DNA of 64,000 nucleotides, taken from IMG/VR virus record IMGVR_UViG_3300027736_000021; one strand, given 5' to 3'. The DNA comes from a virus. Position numbers and translations under genes: made by a program. How positions within the stretch are numbered: the stretch's first letter is position 1; each line of letters starts with the position of its first letter. Below the pieces are notes generated by a model, which ran no database searches, was not told the DNA's origin, and saw nothing but the letters and a program-made list of their open reading frames with translations. Shown here in pieces: positions 27,968 to 37,601 of the stretch.

Positions 27968-28088
27968 TATGGATAACCGGGAATTAATCCGGTTCTTAAA
28001 TCATGTTAAGTGTTGGTTGCCAAATTCTCATACTCAATTGAGAGCTGAGATTGAAGCATTAATTTTAAGATTGAAACAAGGACTATGA
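27954..28088 (+). CDS. Hypothetical protein (44 aa, absent from the ORF track)
   Basis: MIQIDMDNRELIRFLNHVKCWLP...; fills the gap up to the next gene. Confidence 0.45.
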   Translation: MIQIDMDNRELIRFLNHVKCWLPNSHTQLRAEIEALILRLKQGL

Positions 28089-28089
28089 T

Positions 28090-28551
28090 ATGTTAGTATT
28101 GCCTGATGAAATGGTTGGTAGACCAGTAGCTTTTACCTGTTCAACATTTGATTTGTTACACGCAGGCCACATTCTAATGTTGGCTGAATGTAAACAGATT
28201 TGTGATTATCTAATTGTTGGTTTGCAAACAGACCCAACAATTGACCGACCTGATGTAAAAAATAAACCAGTTCAGTCTATTGTAGAAAGATATGTTCAAC
28301 TATCAGCTGTGAAGTTCGTAGATGAAATTATTGTTTATGATACTGAAAAAGACCTTGAAGATATGTTAATGTTCTTACCTATCACCATGCGTATTTGTGG
28401 TGAAGAATATAAAGAAAAACATTTGACAGGTCGTGATATCTGTGATAATCGTGGTATTAAAACATACTACAATTCTCGCACCCATCGGTTTAGTTCTTCC
28501 GAGTTAAGACAAAGAACTTATCAATCTGAATTAAATAAGGTAACAAAATGA
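28090..28551 (+). CDS. Cytidylyltransferase (TagD-like)
   Basis: TFDLLHAGH, LIVGLQTD and RTHRFSSSELR. Confidence 0.88.
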   Translation: MLVLPDEMVGRPVAFTCSTFDLLHAGHILMLAECKQICDYLIVGLQTDPTIDRPDVKNKPVQSIVERYVQLSAVKFVDEIIVYDTEKDLEDMLMFLPITMRICGEEYKEKHLTGRDICDNRGIKTYYNSRTHRFSSSELRQRTYQSELNKVTK

Positions 28552-28772
28552 ACATCCGTGAAATAGCAAAGAAATTGGCAATTGATAATAAGTTGCCACG
28601 TGCCGACAAGTATGACTTGTTTCTCCGTGAGTTTGACAATATGGTTGAACTTGTTGGTCTTGTTCAAGACCCAACCGCTGATATGAATGACTATCGTGGC
28701 CGTGAAATGTTATTTCCTAAACGATGGGTTACACTAGCAGTATTTCCTGCTTCGGAGCCAGTAAATGTATAA
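28548..28772 (+). CDS. Hypothetical protein
   Basis: 74 aa, start overlaps the upstream stop. Confidence 0.55.
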   Translation: MNIREIAKKLAIDNKLPRADKYDLFLREFDNMVELVGLVQDPTADMNDYRGREMLFPKRWVTLAVFPASEPVNV

Positions 28773-28929
28773 AGTGTATTACTACAATTCTAATCAGTTT
28801 GTGGTGAATAAAGTTTTTAATACACTTACAGAGGCTACAGACTTTGCACTTAAACAATCAAAAGAAACCGTTGATTCAATTTTAGAGATTAAACATTATG
28901 ACGATAAAACTCCTTACACTCAAGACTAA
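28765..28929 (+). CDS. Hypothetical protein (54 aa, absent from the ORF track)
   Basis: MYKVYYYNSNQFVVNKVFNTLTEATDFA...; fills an operon gap. Confidence 0.5.
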   Translation: MYKVYYYNSNQFVVNKVFNTLTEATDFALKQSKETVDSILEIKHYDDKTPYTQD

Positions 28930-29209
28930 TCATACCCTTATGGGTAAAGTAACAGAGGACTTAATGGGTGCGGTTATTACCATTAAAGAACCCGTTCAAG
29001 TTGTCCAAGTTCCACCTCGAGCTCAGAATGATCCTGGCAGTATTGCATTTGCACCATTCTTAGAATATGCAACAGAGTTCAAAGAGGGTTTCAAAATTAA
29101 AAAAGATGATATTCTGGTCACATCTACACCAGTTGTTGAATTAGAAAATCAATATAACCAAATCTTTGGTAGTGGCATCACAATTGCCTCGTCAATCCCA
29201 AAAGTATGA
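28898..29209 (+). CDS. Conserved T4-like hypothetical protein before gp43 (Sm-like)
   Basis: IKLLTLKT...IAFAPF...YNQIFGSGI pattern. Confidence 0.65.
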   Translation: MTIKLLTLKTNHTLMGKVTEDLMGAVITIKEPVQVVQVPPRAQNDPGSIAFAPFLEYATEFKEGFKIKKDDILVTSTPVVELENQYNQIFGSGITIASSIPKV

Positions 29210-29215
29210 TAGAAT
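29183..29215 (+). promoter_or_regulatory. ATTGCCWC-N16-TGn-TANNAT promoter, copy 3 (gp43)
   Basis: ATTGCCTC 29183-29190, TG 29207-29208, TAGAAT 29210-29215. Confidence 0.55.
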
Positions 29216-29221
29216 GTATGA

Positions 29222-31759
29222 ATGACTAGTTATTATACAAATGTTGCAAGTGTAGGCAACAACATTCTCTATCGTGGCATTAAAGATGGCAGGCGAGTAA
29301 AAGGTAAGATACCATACTCGCCTACTTTGTTTTTGCCAAGTAAGAAACCTACCAAGTTCAAAACTCTCACAGGTGAACATCTTGAGCCAATGAAGTTTGA
29401 TTCTATTCGTGAGGCTCGTGATTTCGTAAAGCGTTACGATGAAGTTTCTAATTTCAAAATCTATGGTCAAACAAGGTATGAATATGCCTTTATTGCTGAC
29501 AACCATCAAGGCATGGTTGATTGGAACATAGAAGATATATCTATTGCTATCATTGATATTGAGGTTGGTTCAGAGAATGGATTTCCTGACCCATATCAAG
29601 CAAACGAACAGATTACTGCCGTGTGTATCAAATATCTTGGTGGTGATACTGTTGTCTTTGGTTGTGGTGAATATGAAACCAAAGGTGAAGAAAAATACAT
29701 TCGTTGCCAGGATGAGACCGATTTATGTAAAAAGTTTCTAGCCTACTGGCAAGAAAACACACCAGATGTTCTTTCTGGTTGGAACATTAAGTTCTTTGAT
29801 ATACCTTATCTTGTAAATCGTTTCAATAAGATTCTTGGTGAAGATGACACAAAGAAGTTATCACCATGGAATATGTTGAGTGAACGCAAGACAGTAATCA
29901 ATGGTCGTGAATTGATTGCATATGAATTTGTTGGTGTATCATTTCTTGATTACATTGAACTATACAGATGGTATGCTCCTGCAGGTAAATCACAAGATTC
30001 ATATAAACTAGACAACATCGCCAATGTAGAACTTGGCGACAGCAAACTATCGTTTGATGAGTATGATAATCTCCATGCTTTATATCGTTTAAACTATCAA
30101 AAGTTTATTGAGTATAATATCAAAGACGTTGAACTCATTGTGCGTATGGAAGAAAAGTTAAAGCTGATTGAACTTGGTATGACTTTGGCTTATGATACGA
30201 AAACAAACTACGAAGATATCTTTGCACAAACTCGTATGTGGGATTCAATGACATATGCGTATCTACTGGAGAAAGGCATTGTTGTTCCGCCAAAAGTTGT
30301 GCAAAGTAAAACATCGGCATTTGAAGGTGCTTATGTCAAAGACCCACAAGTTGGTATGCATAAGTGGGTGGCATCATTTGATTTGAACTCTTTGTATCCA
30401 CATTTAATGATGCAGTATTGTATTTCACCAGAGAATCTGATTGAAGTGGCTGATTATACTCCAGAGATGCGTGATATCATTTCTCGTGGTGTATCAGTTG
30501 AGAAGTTACTGAATAAAGAAATTGACCTATCAAAACTGAAAGGTGTTACTATCACACCAAATGGTCAATTTTTCCGAACAGATAAAAAAGGCTTTCTGCC
30601 TCAGATGTTGGAAGATATGTATGAAGATAGAAAGAAGTTTAAGAAATTGATGTTGAAGGCAAAACAAGAATATGAAAATGAACCTGACCTGAAGAAGAAG
30701 TATGAGATTGAAAAGAACATAGCAAAGTTTAATAATCTACAACTTGCTAAAAAGGTTTCGCTAAACTCCGCTTACGGTGCATTGGGTTCACAATACTTCC
30801 GTTTTTATGATTTGCGTATGGCTCTTGCAGTTACTTTGGCTGGTCAACTATCAATTCGTTGGATAGAAAACAAGATTAACGCCTACATGAACAAATTATT
30901 GGGAACAGAAAATGAGGACTATGTTATTGCGAGCGATACTGACTCCATCTATCTCCGTCTTGGAGAACTTGTGGAGAAGATTGTTGCAGGTAAGAATAAA
31001 TCAACTGAAGAAATCATCACCATCATGGATAAGGTCTGTGAAGATAAAATACAGCCGTATATTGATGAATCATACAATCAACTTGCAAATTACGTTAATG
31101 CGTATGCTCAAAAGATGCAAATGAAACGAGAATCGTTGGCAGATAAAGGTATCTGGACTGCCAAGAAGCGGTACATTCTCAATGTATATAACAACGAAGG
31201 TATTCAGTATAATGAACCACAGATGAAGGTCATGGGTCTTGAAATGATTAAGTCATCTACACCATCTTCTATCCGTGAAATGATGAAAGAATCTATTAAG
31301 ATTATGATGACCGGTACTGAAGATGATGTGCATAAATTTATTGAGGACTTTAGAATAAGGTTTAAGACTTTACCACCAGAAGAAATATCTTTTCCTCGTG
31401 GTCTGAATGGCTTAAAAGAATATTCTGATAGAGTTACCATGTATAAGAAAGGCACACCAATTCATGTGAAAGGTGCCATTATATACAATCACTATCTAAA
31501 AGAATTGGGTCTGACAAAACAATACCCATTGATTCAAGATGGTGAGAAGTTGAAGTTTACTTATCTAAAACAACCAAACCCATTCAAAGATATGGTCATT
31601 TCTTATCCTGTTCGTCTACCAAAAGAATTTGGCATACAAGAATATATTGACTATGATACTCAATTTGAAAAGGCATTTCTTGAACCAATCAAAGTGATTT
31701 TAGATTGTATGAATTGGACAACCGAAAAGAGTAGTTCATTGGAGGACTTCTTTGGATAA
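29222..31759 (+). CDS. gp43: Family B DNA polymerase (gp43)
   Basis: Exonuclease DIE, FDIPY and YNIKD; polymerase DLNSLYP, KVSLNSAYG, DTDS and KKRY. Confidence 0.98.
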   Translation: MTSYYTNVASVGNNILYRGIKDGRRVKGKIPYSPTLFLPSKKPTKFKTLTGEHLEPMKFDSIREARDFVKRYDEVSNFKIYGQTRYEYAFIADNHQGMVDWNIEDISIAIIDIEVGSENGFPDPYQANEQITAVCIKYLGGDTVVFGCGEYETKGEEKYIRCQDETDLCKKFLAYWQENTPDVLSGWNIKFFDIPYLVNRFNKILGEDDTKKLSPWNMLSERKTVINGRELIAYEFVGVSFLDYIELYRWYAPAGKSQDSYKLDNIANVELGDSKLSFDEYDNLHALYRLNYQKFIEYNIKDVELIVRMEEKLKLIELGMTLAYDTKTNYEDIFAQTRMWDSMTYAYLLEKGIVVPPKVVQSKTSAFEGAYVKDPQVGMHKWVASFDLNSLYPHLMMQYCISPENLIEVADYTPEMRDIISRGVSVEKLLNKEIDLSKLKGVTITPNGQFFRTDKKGFLPQMLEDMYEDRKKFKKLMLKAKQEYENEPDLKKKYEIEKNIAKFNNLQLAKKVSLNSAYGALGSQYFRFYDLRMALAVTLAGQLSIRWIENKINAYMNKLLGTENEDYVIASDTDSIYLRLGELVEKIVAGKNKSTEEIITIMDKVCEDKIQPYIDESYNQLANYVNAYAQKMQMKRESLADKGIWTAKKRYILNVYNNEGIQYNEPQMKVMGLEMIKSSTPSSIREMMKESIKIMMTGTEDDVHKFIEDFRIRFKTLPPEEISFPRGLNGLKEYSDRVTMYKKGTPIHVKGAIIYNHYLKELGLTKQYPLIQDGEKLKFTYLKQPNPFKDMVISYPVRLPKEFGIQEYIDYDTQFEKAFLEPIKVILDCMNWTTEKSSSLEDFFG

Positions 31760-32300
31760 TATTCGTGTCATCAAAACAGGCATCAATGTTTCAAAGATAC
31801 TGAATCAATTGAAACAATATCCTGAAGATTGGGAACATCAAAAAGGATTAGATGGTGTTCAATCATTGGTTGACCGTGGCTTCGCTGACTTACCTGCTGG
31901 TGTATTACAGTTGGTGATTGGTGGTGTAACAGATGTAAAAGACTTTGTTGGTGATAGTGAGATTTGTATTCCAACTCCTGCGTTTCATCGACACACAGAG
32001 ATAATTCGTTTTCTTAAAAGACACTTCAAAGACTTTAAACGCTGTGGATTTCTATCATTGGAAGTTGGTGGTCAAGTTGGTCGTCATATAGATGAAGGTT
32101 CATATTATATTTCAAAAGATAGATACCATCTGTCAATACAGGGAAAGTATAAATATATGGTTGGTCAGGAAGAAGTGATAGTCGAACCAGGTACTCTACT
32201 ATGGTTCAATAACAAATTACTACATGGCACAGAGAACATTGGTGATTGCACAAGAATAACCTTTGTATTTGATGTACCACATTCAAAATCTAATCCATAA
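31752..32300 (+). CDS. 2OG-Fe(II) oxygenase, Asp/Asn beta-hydroxylase-like
   Basis: HID, RYHL, WFNNKLLH and RITFVFD. Confidence 0.8.
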   Translation: MDNIRVIKTGINVSKILNQLKQYPEDWEHQKGLDGVQSLVDRGFADLPAGVLQLVIGGVTDVKDFVGDSEICIPTPAFHRHTEIIRFLKRHFKDFKRCGFLSLEVGGQVGRHIDEGSYYISKDRYHLSIQGKYKYMVGQEEVIVEPGTLLWFNNKLLHGTENIGDCTRITFVFDVPHSKSNP

Positions 32301-33130
32301 TGCTACAAGCCCTATTACCTTTTTTAACTGCAATTGCTCTGTCAGCAATCGCAGCTTTCTATTCTGTGATTGGCCTTGCACAGATATTTCCTGGTTCTTT
32401 CTGGCCAATCATACTGATGGGTTCTATCCTTGAGATTGCAAAGCTAGTAACAGTATCTTGGCTATATAATAATTGGGCAGAAACAAATCGCCTGATGAAA
32501 TATTATTTCTCAATTGCAATTATTCTTTTGATGTTGATTACCAGCATGGGTATCTTTGGTTACCTATCACGAGCTCACATTGAATCAAATGTGGTTGTTG
32601 GTGCTAATACAGTTCAATTAAAGACCATAGAAACACAAGAGAAGATTGCTCGTGATAAATTAGAATATCTTTTGAAACGAGCAGGTGACCCAACAACAGC
32701 AACTAATAAGATTGACAAAGAAATTCAAACCACACAAAATGAATTGAATCGTTTATCAAAAGAAAAGTTGCCGTTAATGAAAGAAGAAAACAAGTTGACG
32801 GCAGAGATTGGGCCAATTAAATACATCGCCGAAATATTCTATAACAAAGATGATCCTAGTTTCATAGATAAAGCTGTAAGGTTAGTTATCTTTACTATTA
32901 TCATTGTCTTTGATCCACTTGCCATTCTGTTATTAATTGCCGCAAATCAAACTTATAAACGAATAAGACAAAAACAAGATGGTGATATTATTCCTATGAA
33001 AAAGGCAAAGAAGAAGAAAAAGGTTGACAACACAGCCTCAAATACATTAGAATCCTTTTATGTAGATGGCGAAATGCATGAAGTGATACCCAAATCCAAA
33101 ATTACGACACTTGATGGAGGTCAGTTTTAA
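32300..33130 (+). CDS. Membrane protein with coiled coil
   Basis: Three N-terminal TM segments, ITSMGIFGYLS, coiled coil, VFDPLAILLL. Confidence 0.7.
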   Translation: MLQALLPFLTAIALSAIAAFYSVIGLAQIFPGSFWPIILMGSILEIAKLVTVSWLYNNWAETNRLMKYYFSIAIILLMLITSMGIFGYLSRAHIESNVVVGANTVQLKTIETQEKIARDKLEYLLKRAGDPTTATNKIDKEIQTTQNELNRLSKEKLPLMKEENKLTAEIGPIKYIAEIFYNKDDPSFIDKAVRLVIFTIIIVFDPLAILLLIAANQTYKRIRQKQDGDIIPMKKAKKKKKVDNTASNTLESFYVDGEMHEVIPKSKITTLDGGQF

Positions 33131-33131
33131 T

Positions 33132-34196
33132 ATGAGTTTACTTGAGAAGATTAAAAAGAATTCAACAATTAAAGATAGTGCAATTCTATCCAAATCTAAA
33201 TTCTTTACAGACAAAGATATGGTACCAACCGATGTGCCAATGATTAATGTGGCATTAAGTGGTAAATTAGATGGTGGTATTATTCCAGGCTTAACAATGT
33301 GGGCCGGGCCATCTAAACATTTTAAAACGGCATTTAGTTTATTAATGGCTAAAGCGTATATGGACAAATACAAAGATGCCGTTCTTTTATTCTATGATTC
33401 AGAGTTTGGTACACCTATCAAATACTTTGAAACATTTGAGATTGACATGGACAGAGTGTTGCATACTCCATTGACTGACATTGAACAGTTGAAGTTTGAT
33501 ATCATGCAACAACTTCAAGAAGTGAATCGTGGTGATAAACTGATTATTATCCTTGATTCTATTGGCAATCTGGCATCAAAGAAAGAAGTTGAAGATGCTC
33601 TTGAAGGTAAATCAGTTGCAGATATGAGCCGTGCTAAACAAGTTAAGAGTTTGTTCCGCATGGTCACACCACACTTAAATCTAAAAGATATTTCATTGGT
33701 TGTTGTGAATCATACTTACAAAGAGATTGGTATGTTCCCTAAAGATATCGTTGGTGGTGGTACAGGTTCTTATTACTCTGCTGATAACATTTATATTCTT
33801 GGTCGTCAACAAGAAAAAACTGGAACAGAAATTACTGGTTACAATTTTATTATCAATGTGGAGAAATCTCGTTATGTTAAAGAAAAGTCTAAGATTCCTA
33901 TCAGCGTATCTTTTGATGGTGGTATCCAAAAGTATTCTGGCCTTGTGGATATTGCCATTGAAGGCGGGTTTCTTTCTAAACCATCTCCGGGTTGGTATGC
34001 AAAGGTTGACCAAAAAAGTGGAGAAATAGGTGACAAAGTAAGATTTGAAGCTACTCAAACGGATGACTTCATGTTGCCATTATTGAAAGATGAAAAGTTC
34101 AAAGAGTATGTAAATCAAAAATATGGAATCGCTTATGGAAACATTATGGGAGAAAGTAACCCAATTCTTTTACAAGAAGAAGAAGATGCCGCTTGA
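33132..34196 (+). CDS. uvsX: RecA-like recombinase UvsX
   Basis: AGPSKHFKT, YDSEFG, DSIGNL and VGGGTG. Confidence 0.95.
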   Translation: MSLLEKIKKNSTIKDSAILSKSKFFTDKDMVPTDVPMINVALSGKLDGGIIPGLTMWAGPSKHFKTAFSLLMAKAYMDKYKDAVLLFYDSEFGTPIKYFETFEIDMDRVLHTPLTDIEQLKFDIMQQLQEVNRGDKLIIILDSIGNLASKKEVEDALEGKSVADMSRAKQVKSLFRMVTPHLNLKDISLVVVNHTYKEIGMFPKDIVGGGTGSYYSADNIYILGRQQEKTGTEITGYNFIINVEKSRYVKEKSKIPISVSFDGGIQKYSGLVDIAIEGGFLSKPSPGWYAKVDQKSGEIGDKVRFEATQTDDFMLPLLKDEKFKEYVNQKYGIAYGNIMGESNPILLQEEEDAA

Positions 34197-34497
34197 AGGT
34201 AAAGATTTTAAGTTCATCGACTTTACTAACTCTGAAATCACCGGCCTACAAATCTTAGAAGGTGAGTATGCTGGTGTTGTTTACCATTATGGTAAAGTGA
34301 GAGTAGTACCTCAAGGAGAAATGGGTGTGTTGCAATTTGGATATACGATTGTGAATCCAGGTAAACACGACATTGATGACTTGACAAAAGATGAAAACTT
34401 CTCTACAATGATGGGTGATATACTAACTGAAATCTTAACGAAACAACAATATGAAACGCTTAGAAAAGACGATAATCAAGAATTTGATATACAATGA
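34186..34497 (+). CDS. Hypothetical protein in the gp40 position
   Basis: Lies between uvsX and gp41; the start could be further upstream (34123). Confidence 0.55.
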   Translation: MPLEGKDFKFIDFTNSEITGLQILEGEYAGVVYHYGKVRVVPQGEMGVLQFGYTIVNPGKHDIDDLTKDENFSTMMGDILTEILTKQQYETLRKDDNQEFDIQ

Positions 34498-35851
34498 GGA
34501 GTATGCTCGTAAAGTTATTCCATTTATTAGACCAGAGTATTTCTCCGATATCAATGAAAGAAATGTATTCAAAGAAGTTCAAGATTTTGCCAACAAATAC
34601 AAAACACTACCCACACACGAAGCTCTTGTAATTAATTTCACAGAAAGTAAAAATCTTTCTGAATCTGAAGTTAAGACAGCAATTGACATTCTCAATGAAG
34701 TTCACGATGACAAAGACCCATCTGAGCAACAATGGCTTGTAGAACACACAGAGAAGTTCTGCCAAGATAAAGCAATCTATAATGCCATCATGGAATCTGT
34801 TGGCATCCTTGATGATAAATCTGGTAAGAAAGCCAAAGGTGAAATACCAAAACTCCTGAGTGATGCTCTTGGAGTTTCATTTGACAATTCTGTTGGTCAC
34901 GATTATCTAAATGATTATGATGACCGATATGATTTCTATCATCGTGTTGAATCTCGTATTCGCTTTGACCTTGATTTGTTCAACAAAATCACCAAAGGTG
35001 GTTTCCCAATCAAAACTCTAAACATCGCACTTGCTGGTACTGGTGTTGGTAAATCATTGTTCATGTGTCATTGTGCTGCCAGTTCTATCAGTCAAGGCCA
35101 TAATGTGTTGTATATCACAATGGAAATGGCCGAAGAAAAAATTGCAGAGCGTATTGATGCAAACCTAATGAACATTGACCTAAATGAATTGCAAACCATT
35201 TCTAAGTCCGAGTATGAAAGAAAGTTTGAGATTCTTAAATCAAAGACACATGGTAAATTAATCATCAAAGAATACCCAACTGCAGCTGCTCATGCAGGCC
35301 ACTTCCGTTCTTTGTTAAATGAATTGAAGTTAAAGAAAAACTTCACACCAGATATTGTCTTTATTGATTATCTAAACATCTGTTGTTCTTCTCGTATCAA
35401 AATGGGTGGTAGTGTGAACACCTATTCTTACATCAAATCTATTGCAGAAGAACTCCGTGGTCTGGCTGTTGAGTTTAATGTTCCTGTTGTAAGTGCAACA
35501 CAAACAACAAGGAGTGGCTTCACAAGTACCGATGTTGGTCTTGAAGATACTTCCGAATCGTTTGGTCTGCCTGCAACTGCTGACTTTATGTTTGCTTTGA
35601 TTTCAACTGAAGAACTTGAGCAACTTAATCAAATGATGGTTAAACAGTTGAAGAATCGTTATGGTGACCCTAATGTATATAAACGATTTGTGATTGGTGT
35701 TGATAGATCCAAAATGAGATTGTATGATGCCGAGCAATCAGCACAAAATGATATCACTGATTCTGGCCAAGAAATTGAAGATAAACCGCTAAATACATTT
35801 GGTAACCGTGAACGCAGGCTCAACAATAAGTTTGACAGTTTCAAGGTATGA
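34451..35851 (+). CDS. gp41: Replicative helicase (gp41)
   Basis: AGTGVGKS, ITMEM, FIDYL, SATQTTR and KQLKNRY. Confidence 0.97.
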   Translation: MKRLEKTIIKNLIYNEEYARKVIPFIRPEYFSDINERNVFKEVQDFANKYKTLPTHEALVINFTESKNLSESEVKTAIDILNEVHDDKDPSEQQWLVEHTEKFCQDKAIYNAIMESVGILDDKSGKKAKGEIPKLLSDALGVSFDNSVGHDYLNDYDDRYDFYHRVESRIRFDLDLFNKITKGGFPIKTLNIALAGTGVGKSLFMCHCAASSISQGHNVLYITMEMAEEKIAERIDANLMNIDLNELQTISKSEYERKFEILKSKTHGKLIIKEYPTAAAHAGHFRSLLNELKLKKNFTPDIVFIDYLNICCSSRIKMGGSVNTYSYIKSIAEELRGLAVEFNVPVVSATQTTRSGFTSTDVGLEDTSESFGLPATADFMFALISTEELEQLNQMMVKQLKNRYGDPNVYKRFVIGVDRSKMRLYDAEQSAQNDITDSGQEIEDKPLNTFGNRERRLNNKFDSFKV

Positions 35852-36444
35852 AACACAAAATACTTTACGACAAGTTACATTCTTATTCTCACCGATTCTG
35901 TGGTGAAAAAACTCTCAATCAAGTAATTTATTGGACTAGAAGAATGTTGGCTGAGCATAAAGTCAGAGTAAAAAAATATATTGATAAGACCAATACATCA
36001 TATAGTATTCTTTGTGTTGGTGGTTATTATGACCCAACAATTTATGATGGTAAAGATATTGAAATGTTTATTTCTTTTAATGAAAATGAAAAAGATGTAT
36101 CATTTAAGCTTGAAGAACCAACTGTAAAGGTTTTTATTGATGAAGTATTCAAAACATTGGTGCATGAAAAAAGGCATCGTTATCAATTTCGCCAAAGAGG
36201 CAATAACTTTGGTAAACAATACAGAAGTAATGTAGAGGATAAAACATTGAAGGTTCAACTAGAGTATTACGGTGACGATGATGAGATAGATGCCTATGCA
36301 CAAGAGGCAGTAATAGAGATGCGGTTACATGGCAACTCCCACTCTAAGGAAATGTATCAGATTTTATTTGCAAAAACAGACCCGGTAGTGTATAATAGAT
36401 TTTTAAAGAAATTCATTAAATACAATCAGAAAATTACACTATGA
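35848..36444 (+). CDS. HExxH zincin-like protein
   Basis: LVHEKRHRYQ and downstream EIDAYA. Confidence 0.55.
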   Translation: MKHKILYDKLHSYSHRFCGEKTLNQVIYWTRRMLAEHKVRVKKYIDKTNTSYSILCVGGYYDPTIYDGKDIEMFISFNENEKDVSFKLEEPTVKVFIDEVFKTLVHEKRHRYQFRQRGNNFGKQYRSNVEDKTLKVQLEYYGDDDEIDAYAQEAVIEMRLHGNSHSKEMYQILFAKTDPVVYNRFLKKFIKYNQKITL

Positions 36445-37559
36445 AATTAAATAAAGAACAAGCCATATATTGTGCCAAATACATGGAAGATTATTACCAT
36501 CATTTTGACCGCATTGATGATTATATGCGTAGTCAAAAAATGGGACAAATTGCAGAGATGCCTGTTTGTTTACCAGGATGTGGGCCTGAAGAAGATTTGT
36601 TCTCTGATTTCACCATTCATCCAGACGATATGGAGTTTGAATTGGTTGATATTGGTTCTTCTCGTTGGTTAGATTATATCTCCGTTATTTCTTCTCACCT
36701 AATCTCTCGTAGTGTTCCCGGTCGCATAGTTCAGTTTGCTGTATTTGAAAAGAACACAAAGAAGATTGTTGGTTTCATTCGCCTTGGTTCTCCCGTCATC
36801 AATATGAAACCTCGTAATGAAATGCTTGGTCAAGTATTCACACAGAGCAAAGAAGCCGCAAGAAACTTTAATAACTCGGCTGCAATGGGTTTCACCATTG
36901 TTCCTGCTCAACCATTTGGTTTCAATTATCTTGGTGGTAAATTACTTGCCGCTATGTGTTGTTCTCATGAATTGCGTGGAGTTATGAACAAAAAGTATGG
37001 TATGAATCTCTGCTTGTTTGAAACAACCAGTCTGTATGGTTCTTCAAAGACAGTATCACAGTATGATGGTATGAAACCATATCTCCGTTTCAAAGGTCTA
37101 ACTGATAGTAACTTTGTACCAATGCTTGACGGGGATGCCTACAAGAAACTTAAAGACTATGTTGAGGCTGCAACAGGTGAACAATTGGTTGATCCATCCG
37201 ATTCAAGTAAGAAACTCAAAGCAACAATAAAAGTTATTAGTATGGTTAAGATGGCACTAAAAGGTGAACCTGAACTCACACGATTCAATGAAGTGATTGA
37301 TAAGGCTAAAGGTCTTACTGAAAGAAAACGATACTATATCTCCAACTATGGTTTCAAAAACTTTATTGAAGTGGTTAATGGCACAGAAACAGAGTTGGTT
37401 CCTGACCCCGAAAACTATGAAAAGTTTCACATGAAAAACATCGTGGAATGGTGGAAAAAGAAAGCATCCAATCGTTTTGAAACATTAAAGAACGATGGCC
37501 GTATCAGAACCGAGATGGAAGTATGGTCTGGCGATAAAGAGATTGACATTATCCGTTAG
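36441..37559 (+). CDS. DUF4338/DruA-like protein, copy 2
   Basis: IVPAQPFGFNYLGGKLLA, ETTSLYG, SQYD and GLTDS. Confidence 0.7.
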   Translation: MKLNKEQAIYCAKYMEDYYHHFDRIDDYMRSQKMGQIAEMPVCLPGCGPEEDLFSDFTIHPDDMEFELVDIGSSRWLDYISVISSHLISRSVPGRIVQFAVFEKNTKKIVGFIRLGSPVINMKPRNEMLGQVFTQSKEAARNFNNSAAMGFTIVPAQPFGFNYLGGKLLAAMCCSHELRGVMNKKYGMNLCLFETTSLYGSSKTVSQYDGMKPYLRFKGLTDSNFVPMLDGDAYKKLKDYVEAATGEQLVDPSDSSKKLKATIKVISMVKMALKGEPELTRFNEVIDKAKGLTERKRYYISNYGFKNFIEVVNGTETELVPDPENYEKFHMKNIVEWWKKKASNRFETLKNDGRIRTEMEVWSGDKEIDIIR

Positions 37560-37599
37560 TTGTGATAGGATAAATACTCTAATAAACAAATGGAGTATT
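37543..37599 (+). promoter_or_regulatory. Overlapping sigma70-type and late-type promoters plus an SD-covering hairpin
   Basis: TTGACA-17 nt-TAGGAT; GATAAATA 37569-37576; AATACTCT/GGAGTATT stem. Confidence 0.55.
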
Positions 37600-37601
37600 A
37601 G

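Noticed and set aside
29222-35851. Introns, inteins or homing endonucleases in gp43, uvsX or gp41
   Set aside because: Lengths are normal, motifs are continuous, and no intein termini or GIY-YIG/HNH motifs were noticed.
14929-37559. A complete Druantia defence system
   Set aside because: Only DUF4338-like genes are present. There is no large DruE-type helicase or other partner, and the two copies are 20 kb apart.
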